A stretch of 64,000 nucleotides of DNA from Raillietiella orientalis (taxonomy: Eukaryota). The position numbers and the translations under genes are program-made. Shown here one piece after another: positions 55,800 to 64,000 of this stretch; the stretch's first letter is position 1, and every line of letters starts with the position of its first letter. The DNA lies in assembly GCA_036172245.1 (NCBI GenBank), contig JAYWIR010000018.1, forward strand, positions 2,852,001 to 2,916,000, read 5' to 3'. Under the pieces are notes generated by a model that saw only the letters and a program-made list of their open reading frames with translations, had not been told where the DNA came from and did not search any database.

Positions 55800-58050
55800 A
55801 GTCCTCCTGTTCGTCGCTTGCTGCCCCCTGCTGCCCCCTACCGGCACGCACTGCGCGCAACTACTTTAGAGACGTGCGGTCTCAACTCGCGTGCTCTGAT
55901 GCGAAGCCGCGCGCCGCCGTTCTCGAGCAGCTCGCGTCGACGTGCCAACGTTCTCTGGGGGAATCCGCTGGGGTGCGACCTTCTGGTCTTTTGCAGGCGG
56001 GGCTGGCAGCCTGTGGAGCCCCGCATAGAACACTGGGACAGGTGCAGTGCCGAGGCGCGGGCGGACGCACTTCGCACCCGCGGCGAGTTTCTTGCAGAGA
56101 TCCCGTCCCCATGACAACACGACTCGTGACAGCGCACTTGATCATAAGGCAACCCGCATGTTCACCCCAACTACCGGATTCGGCCACTCCGCTTCCTCTC
56201 CAGTGCATTCCCGGAATCGGAAGAGTCACTTGGGAATCTTCCAGCTGGGTGGTAGGCAAAAAATAGAGGCCGTCGTTCGTGGTCGGCAAAACCTTTAAGC
56301 GCGCTTTTTCGAACCTTTCGTTCAGTCAAGGCCTTCTGGTGCAGCTCTTCGTCAAAAGGCAGCACAAATGGTCCTTTCTGGATCTCTTCCACAAGGCTCC
56401 AACTTCGATAAGGATGTTCGAAGCAGCACCCTCCGAAGCGAGACGCTCAAGAGAACTAAAGCATGACTTGTTTTCCTTCATTAGGATCTAGGCAAGAAGA
56501 GATCTGGGAAGAAGAAGAATAGCTGCTCCGCTGTTACCGACTTGCACTCTCTTGCAACCTCGAGCTCTCCTTCGTGAGCTCAGACGACCTGCATCATTCA
56601 GGTACCAAATGAACGCTGCGTCGCATGGTGGTTGCGGAAAAGAAACGCGGAAGTCGATTGCATCTGTACCTGGACCATCATTCCAGGAGGAGGGACTCAC
56701 TGTTTTTCTATTCTTTTTCTATCTTTCAGATGCAGAGCATTGCAGAGTTTGCAACGGGTGGAGCAGTTTCTAGGCGACAGTCCTGATTACAAGTCGCCAA
56801 GCAGTTCAGGGACAATCTTGCACCCTGCGTCGAGCAGGAGCAGACGTGCCTTGGATGCTCTGGATAGCGTCGGACGGCATCTACAGAATGCAGGAAAGTT
56901 AGAAGGCCACAAAGCGTCATCGGTGCTGTTCCAAATCTGCAGAGAGAAGCCATCCTTGAGGGAAGACTGAGAAGTTCAGGACGGCAGAGGGAATGTCTTC
57001 TATGGATGCGCTGCTCCGCAGAGCTCAGCATTCTTGAATTAGGATGCTCTGACGCCTCGAAATACAACCCAGCCTTGGCAGGAGTCGAGGAGAGGAGATG
57101 GTCCGATGGTGACATCTTGGACGACCGGACGAAAGAGGATCTCCACCCTCGAAAAAAGATGCCTTTCCCGAAGAATGAGTGGCGCCCCGGAAGACGAAGG
57201 CGAAGACTCACTGCAGGTTCTCTGAGATCTCCGAGTGAAATGGCAGCAGTTGGATTCCTCGTAGAAGTCGATTTTTCTTGTCCCTTTACGCAGCTGCTTC
57301 CTTCCCCGATTTTCCTTCCCTCCTCCATCCCCCGATTTCTGTCTGCCCCTCTCCGTTGAAGTTACAAAGCGGTCTGAAGGCCTCGTAAGAAAAACCATTT
57401 GGTGCTCAGGAATGGTCTTGTGTTCGTTTAAAAGACCTGTGTGCTTCCTGCTTCCGGGACGGCGGATTGGGCCTCCGGACGCAGGAGCGGATGGATAGGC
57501 AGCTCCTGTTTAAGAGACTGACCTTGATGGCCAAGTATTGGACCACCCACTGGTGAGTTCAGACACGATTTCTGGCTAAGGGAGCAGCTGGCTCAGAGGT
57601 CATTCCTCTTGTACAGCTACCAAAGACTGCCCCGATGCGGGTACCAGCTTCGGCAGATAGCTGTCTTGGCACAGGACCACGCATGGATCTCCTGCCGCCC
57701 CACGAACTATTGTGCCTGGAAAGAAAAAAAAGCTCAGACATGTGCGAAGATCAATGGCAGAAGCCGGAAAGAAGTGCACTGTCTGCGGTTTTCCAGCTAC
57801 TCTCGGTGCTCAATTCAGGGGATCATCGAGAGCTTCTGGAAGACCTCGTGGGCCAGAAGAACCCCACTTGCTGCAGCACTGTCGTCCGTACGGGGAAAAG
57901 ATGACGGTGATCAGCCCGCAAGATGAAAAATAAAATGCTCAATCGCAGGAAGAAAAAGGGAATCGGGATGCTGGATGGAGTCTGGCACCATCCAGAGCCA
58001 ACTTCGGTTTGCCTTCTAAGTGCTGTTACCACGACAGGTGCTTTTTTGTT
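55800..58050 (+). mobile_element. Highly decayed R2-like (RLE-type) non-LTR retrotransposon ORF
   Basis: Colinear degenerate motifs: WQPV..SAEARADA (W.PI..SAPGPDG), CIPG..*RPS (LIPK..RPI), EARR..*DLGK (ARR..LD.AKAFD), RRRDSL..ILF (RQGDPLSPLLF), QFRDNL (FADDL), SKY, RRLTAGSLR (RLT.APLKP), RDGGLGL, and KKCTVCGFPATLG (CCHC remnant). Boundaries approximate. Confidence 0.6.
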
Positions 58051-59145
58051 GGGATCACTGGGAGCATACCTGGTGATGGTTCCTTTGCATAGCTGCTTCC
58101 TCGGAATGGCAGAGAAAAGGTAGTTCGCCACGATCAGCAGTCGTCCGCGTGGGAGGTGCATCGCTGAGGAGAATCGCTTCCCGGAAAGGGTGGCGGTTTC
58201 GGAACCCAGGCTGCCTTGAAGTGAAGATCCTTTCACCGTCATGCTGCAGAGAAAGTCATCGAGAATGGCTGGCGACGCGCTCTCATTCCCATGGAGACGA
58301 AGATTCCGAAGGGCTGGAGACGAGAAAGAAAGGGTGGAGGGAAGGCGGTACTTGCCGTACCCTCAGGGAACAGGAGATTCATCTCGCCCAACACGAGCAC
58401 CACGCGAATTTCCTCCCCTGAGAGTTCCCGTCTCCAGAGCGCTGATGAGCCGGCGGTGATCAGTTCGCCTCGAAGATCTTTGCGACGCGCTCGGAGGCGC
58501 CCTCTGTCCATCGGGAACGGACAAATCCAATTATATGAATGCTCGATGGGGTCGTCGATCAGAAGGGACTCCGCCTAAGAGTTCCGTGATTTCGTGTTAC
58601 GGAGCGGTGTCCGTGGTGCGTGTTTGAACCTGATGAATGGTGCTGCTGAGGCACACCAGTCACCCACCCGAGTTTTCAAGTCACATAAGATCCCTTTAGA
58701 TAGTTACGTCTAAGGTTTCGATGTAGTGCTTCAAGGGCTAGGACGTGCCCTTTGGAAGAGGCTTGGAACTCTCCCCCTAAAGAAGAAAGGGTCGATTTTT
58801 TTGAACTACTAAGGAGGTTATTGAGACGTGAACTTTCCTCTGGATCAATTCATTCATAATTAACGGGTGCTTCTTGTGTCCCAAACAGAATGCACTTCCT
58901 CAAATTCACGCAGTCTCCCTGAGCTGGAACTCAGTTATACTTTATGAAAACACACTGCCGTCTTCAGTCTATTATTCCACCTACTGCGATGTTCTTTTAG
59001 TAACTGGTGAAAGATCGTTTCTATGGCTGTGGATCTCATATAAATAATTAAGGAAAGCAACCGCATCCTTTTCCCTCTTTCATGCATTTATCAACTAAAT
59101 TCAAGTCTGGAGAAACCTACTTCCCGGAGAAAATGATCACCTCCT

Positions 59146-59189
59146 TCAAGCTGAGGCACTTTCGGAAACCCGAAAGCGCCTCAGCTTGA
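59146..59189. repeat. 20-bp inverted repeat (one mismatch, 4-nt loop)
   Basis: tcaagctgaggcactttcgg-aaac-ccgaaagcgcctcagcttga. Confidence 0.9.
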
Positions 59190-60114
59190 TGGGATAAGCG
59201 ATGCCCCCACGTACTGATTTTTTGTATCTCGAAAATGAAAAATCATTATGTCTAAATCGTGAGCTTCCCGGCATCCCGTAAGATTCCCAAGGTAGGTGCG
59301 AGCAAGATAAATCTCAAATAAGGACTGGAAGCAATTTCCAAACGCATTGGAGGAAGCCATTTTGATTCTGGACCAGCGAGGCGCTCATGCAGCCCGGCAG
59401 CAGGCCCGGAAGGTCTGGGATCCATTCATTGCAAGTTCAATCTTGGAGAAGTGAAAGCAGGCGTGGCCATCAAAATGTTACGAAGCACTTCCGGTTCTGG
59501 CAGACGCTGGAGGTTCCCCCTATTTTCTGTAGCAAAAGTGTTCTTCAGTTCGTGGCAAAACAGTCCGTTCCCAATTGACGAACAGATCCCATATCTTCAT
59601 GTATTCAAAGAGTAAACAGATGGCTGTGGGGAGCATTCTCCTTCACCTCGGGCGAGTAATGGTCAGGTTGTGCTCCCGGTGTTCGGACTGACGTCCGAAG
59701 TCAGCTTGCTGAGCGCGAACTCGCATCTCTCGGTGCGAATTCTCTTCTTGAGCGTCGCCATTGCACCCGGGATTGCTGAACTCACGGTCGGTTTTAGTCC
59801 CACAAGTGGCAGCACCGCTGCCTTTAGCAACCGGTTGCCCCAGAGCATTTCTTTTCAGGAAACAGAAACATGAGACTAAAAGAAGCGGTGAGACTCCCGG
59901 TTCTGCACTAGGAATACGCCGAGGTGTCGGGTCTGCAGGGTCTTTCTCGGTAGCAGAGGGGAAGGGAACGAACGATGAGAAAACAAAAATAAGTAATACA
60001 AAAAACTTCAGGGAAAGACTCGGGAAGGGATCACAGACATTTGAAGGAGATCTCTCTGTCCTCTGAAGAGTGCCGGCAAGTTCCTCCTGTATAATTCCCA
60101 TATGGGACAATCTT

Positions 60115-60385
60115 GTTGTCATCCGTAGGAAGCGCACGGCGGAGGGGACGACGTCCCTACCTGCTGGCCTCTTTCGGCGGCGCTCTTCAGCCCCCGCAAA
60201 GACAGCAGACAGCTGATGGCGACGCGGCTGGCGGCAGTGCGCCCCTCACGAAGAGGCGCTTCGAAACGTCCCTGGAGTCGTCCACTGGGGATCCGGTGGG
60301 CCGTGCCGTGGCAACGCGTCCCCGGACGGGTCGGAGGGCGACGCAGTCCGCGACCAGGAAACGGCACCTGTAGCGGTTCGAATCC
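60115..60385. repeat. Diverged interspersed repeat, inverted relative to 47450-47747, followed by a Pol III B-box motif
   Basis: See the partner copy; GGTTCGAATCC at 60375-60385. Confidence 0.7.
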
Positions 60386-60419
60386 TCACTCGCCCTGGAC
60401 CGGTGATGCAGGCGAATGT

Positions 60420-61690
60420 TGCTTGAAGGACCCCAGTGAGAACGCCAGCAGCACCGACTCCGGCCACAAAGGGAAGGGCAAGGCTGCCCGAGAGCACCGC
60501 GGCAGCCTCAGGTCTTCCCAGGAAATCGCCAGCAGCTGAGCCGGGCGGATCAGCCCTTTTGACAGGCTCCATGGTTGAGACCGGACATTGCATCAGTGCC
60601 ATCGTCGCAGCCCTCCATGTTTTGCAGACACAATGGCAGCGACGGGAATTCATCCCCATGGAAGCCACCTACAAGAGGACGACACAGAGCCTTGCTCACT
60701 GCACTCAAGCCCTGCGCCCGTCGCGCGAGCGCTGCCACCGCCGCCCTGCTCACTCTCTCTTGTGATTCCAGAACACGCTCACGCATCCGAACTCCCTGCC
60801 GAAACGGGAGGTGAAGGCGGAATGGAACTGTGACGATTATGTGGCTATTTTTTGTGCCTCGTGAAGAACATGCCTGTTGTTTTGGATGGAAACGCAAGTG
60901 CCGTCGGCGGTGCAAACAGCATTTTTTTTTGTCTGAAGTGCTTCTCATCTTTCGCGCTGCTGGCATTTCCCAGTCATCCACTTCTTCCTGCTTCTTCTTC
61001 GCCTAGCGTTTCCGTGCGGCTGCCACAAGACTGGTTGCTGGGACTTCGGACCGAACCTGAAGAGGAACCGCCGCCCCTGGTCGTGGGTGTTTTTCCGCGG
61101 TCACGCGAAATACATGAGAAAGCAAAAGCGGATGATCCTAGAGACGATCGTTGCGACTCCCGACTGGACGTCAAAGAAAGCGTCCTCACTGGCGCTCGAA
61201 ATGAGGAACACTGCGCCTGCGATAGATGGCCAAGTTCCGTGGAGGATGACTTCTCGCCACCCGTTCTCCTTGCACTCCATGTGCAGCCTCGGTACCCCAG
61301 GCCGGGAGCCTGCTTTGCGGGTCGGGGCCTCCAGCGAAGATAGCCTCCCATTACCGACTCTCTGCGGTTATACTGTGCCTGTTCTTGGACTGCACCGCCC
61401 TCTGGGAAATGTGATGGAGGCTGGTATCAGCGCTCTTGCACTAGGACGACACCCACGTGTGACCTGCTGCGGCGGTTCTTCGTGCCCGATGGACTCTCCA
61501 CTGTCGCAGTGATCGTCACGATATGTTGCGTCCACTCCATCGTCACTGCCTGTCACGTGTTCGTGACGCAGACGCAGCGAAGGGCGATCACCGTGGTGGC
61601 AGTCGCCTACATGACGGCGGCTGCCATGTGGCCTCACCTGGAAGAGGAAGTCAAGGCGGAGATCGCTGACATCCAGAGCCGGCTCTAAAG
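60420..61690 (+). mobile_element. Decayed L1/Tx1-like LINE ORF2 C-terminal half, interrupted by a copy of FRRS1 exon 2
   Basis: Colinear degenerate motifs: SS*AGR (GSW.GR), QWQRR...SLAHCTQAL (W..R...SKLW..AQ.L), VGG...LKC (GGL...KC), TSKK, PTLCG/CLFLDCTALWEM*W (CPLCG..HLF.DC...W), a hydrophobic helix, then IQSRL*. Confidence 0.45.
60724..60829 (+). pseudogene. Ectopic partial copy of FRRS1-like exon 2 with its upstream intron acceptor
   Basis: 60749-60829 matches 24458-24538 with one mismatch (CGA>CGG); a further ~25 nt of more diverged homology lies 5'. The exon's 3' end and donor are absent. Confidence 0.9.
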
Positions 61691-62726
61691 GAAGGAACGG
61701 CCGGCACAGGTAACCCTTATCCTCACCTTCCCCTTATTTATTAATTAACTGACCCCTCTTCTCCGTTCTCTATTTTTAGATGTTCTGACATGCGTGTCGG
61801 TGGACCCTTCTTTTGAACCTCTGTTGTCTTCTGTGAGGAACGGAGTTCCCAACTGCTTCCTGTCCCCAGGCATTGGTTCCCTACTGGTTTGTTTGCAGTA
61901 AATAAACGCCCCTGCGTGACCGGTGAAAATGCACTCTGCGGTGGCCGTTCACCGGTGGCCCGCCCAAGCGGAAAGTCGTCTCTCCTTTTGCTCCTGAATG
62001 TGCGAAATTGCAAGGAATGGGCGCCTGCAGCGTCGCTCCCGTCACTCTTGGGAGGGTGGAACGAGCTGCACTCCGGGATTCTTCAGCCGTGCACCAGGGT
62101 CCATCACTTCCCTATGTCGGGAACGGCTTCATCGGCGCACCTGCTAGTGAATCGCCCGTTCAGGCTGCCGTGGCGTCCCTCCTTCGAAAGTTGACCCTCG
62201 CTTCCGGCTCGATGCCGAGAATCGACTTGTTGCTTCCGCACTATTTGTTTGTTTTCTTTTGCGAGCCGATGAATAGAGAACTGCATGCTCTGCGATCCGG
62301 GATACCTCCTGTTCCCGTCGCTGCGTCTGTCCCCCGGCTGCTTTTTCCAAGAGGACAACCAGATCGGATGCAAGCGCAAGGTTTAGCGTCGCGAAGGAGC
62401 AGTGACTCTTCGTTCTGCATTTCATCTTTCTCTCCGTCTTCCGTTTCTTCTTTTTCTTCCTTCTCTTTTCTCTTTGGAATCACGTCATGATTGCAGGAAG
62501 GCCTGCGTACCGCAACTGCCATCTCTGGTCTCTGGTTCTTCCCCTTTCCTTGCTGCAGGGAAAGAACAAAACAAACGTACGAACCTTCTTCGCATCCTGT
62601 ACAAGGACGAGCACGCACGTGCACACACACAAAAAAATCAACAGGCGGATTCTTCTGCTTCCTCAGAATTCTTTTCGTGTCACAAACACCGAAATGAAAG
62701 AATTTTTTCCCCTAATTTTGTTTTTT

Positions 62727-62732
62727 TTTATT
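62727..62732 (-). promoter_or_regulatory. Possible polyadenylation signal of the LamG gene
   Basis: AATAAA on the minus strand about 150 nt past the TGA. It sits in an A-rich tract, so it may be chance. Confidence 0.35.
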
Positions 62733-62877
62733 ATTGGTGATGGAAACTTTTGAATTTGTGATTCCATGTGATTGTGACGCCACGAATCCAGCTGTTTACG
62801 ACGATGATTGCATGGGAAAGGCTCGCTCTGAGATGAGGATGTAGAAGAATTATCACAGATAAGGCTCGTGAAATCAG

Positions 62878-63188
62878 TCACTGGCAGAGCTCCACGTTGA
62901 CGCCCGCTGCCGCGTCGGCCAGTAGGTTTACGGTCACGCCAGTGGTCACGCGAAGGTCACTGATGCAGCCAGTGAAGCTCTGCTTGTAGCGTCCTGTGGA
63001 CAGGAAACGCATGTCTTTGAGTCCACCTGAGGGAAGAGAAATCCAGGATTTTCCCGGGTCTCCTTGCATTCATCTCAACGTTACCCAGATACAGTCCGGA
63101 GTCCGTGGTCATCTCTTTCGCTCCTGTTCGCGCATGACCCCGTACAACGGGTCCCTCGTCCACTTGCAAGCTGCTATGCAATCCGATT
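62878..63188 (-). CDS. 3' end (last two exons) of a laminin-G domain extracellular protein, pikachurin/EGFLAM-like (agrin/perlecan-related); gene continues beyond the window
   Basis: complement(join(62878..63026,63085..63188)) with a 58-nt GT-AG intron: (R)IGLHSSLQVDEGPVVRGHARTGAKEMTTDSGLYLG|GLKDMRFLSTGRYKQSFTGCISDLRVTTGVTVNLLADAAAGVNVELCQ*. Shows the LamG hallmarks LxVD, LYLGG, FxGCI and a terminal GxNVxxC. Confidence 0.85.
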
Positions 63189-64000
63189 CTGAAAAATAGA
63201 AAGGGAAATAAAGTCGGGTTGCACAGCAACCACTGGCATCTGAGTCTTGCTGCCTTCGGAGTGGCTATGAAGAGCTCACGCAGGTCAGGAAAAGGTAGGC
63301 AACGGTCGAACGTGTCGGCGCTCGATGATGCAGCGCCAAGGGTCTTCCCATTTAGGGCTGAATTCTGAATCCAAGCTGAAAAGGGGGAATCCAGGACACC
63401 CGCGAATCCGAACCTCAGCCTTCCCGAAGGCCGCGTCGGGCTCCCGCGGCCGGCCTTGGAGCAACGCCTCCCGCAGTCGATAGTCGCTTTCGAGCCACTC
63501 GGAATATGCGCTGGCACCGCCGCTGGTTAGCGCACGCAGGGACAGCCGAGTGCCCACATCAGCCTCAGTCTCTTGAAACGCACGGCCTCACGAGAAAGCT
63601 GGCGAAAAATGGAAGAGGACTTGGCGGCGGGTCCATAAAAGAGCGATGGATGAAACGGACACTCAAGAGCAGGGGCAGCACTCAGCATCAGGAAAGGGCG
63701 ACCTCCCCGTCCTCCTTTCCAGGTTCATTCATGGAGACAGATGATGTGCCAAGGCACTGCGTGTGACCAGAAGCCTCTACAACCCTGACGGTCTGGCTAC
63801 AGAGCTCCCCGATTTGTCTTCCCTAAGCTTGGAGTTTCTTGGAAGCCATCCAATGGTTCCAGCTCTGCCGTTCCCTTGTGCAAACACCAACAACGCCACT
63901 GCCACCGTTTCTTGAATCCCCCGCCTGGTTCTTTTGCTCTAAGTCTCGAGAAGGCGAGAAGCGCGCCAGTCGGTCGCTGACGCCTTTGTCTCCCTGGCGC

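Noticed and set aside
1..64000. CRISPR array, rRNA, operon or prokaryotic defence system
   Set aside because: No regularly spaced repeats, no rRNA-like conserved blocks and no dense unspliced coding; the real genes are intron-containing eukaryotic genes.

Overview
This is eukaryotic (invertebrate, probably arthropod) genomic DNA: GC-rich, CpG-rich by eye, with GT-AG introns. It is not a prokaryotic window, and almost all entries in the ORF track are noise. Two spliced host genes are recognisable and face each other. (1) A complete + strand ferric-chelate reductase 1 / SDR2-like gene with signal peptide, Reeler, DOMON and cytochrome b561 domains. I assembled it by hand from 11 coding exons (21710-36945, 619 aa); all splice phases are consistent and the expected heme-ligand residues are present. 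(2) The last two exons of a - strand laminin-G protein resembling pikachurin/EGFLAM (63188-62878), whose 5' part lies beyond the window. The rest is mostly decayed mobile DNA: a GTF2IRD2/SPIN-type hAT transposase relic, two R2-like (RLE-type) retrotransposon relics, L1/Tx1-like and other LINE fragments, a tRNA-derived SINE family and simple repeats. The most unusual observations are two near-perfect ectopic copies of sequence from inside the reductase gene (exon 2 with its acceptor, sitting within a LINE relic 36 kb away, and a 237-bp perfect match 17 kb away), a perfect 24-bp palindrome, and a furin-type RARR site plus His-rich linker in the reductase. I found no CRISPR array, rRNA, real tRNA or clearly novel multi-gene system. 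All family assignments come from motif recognition by eye, not from database searches.
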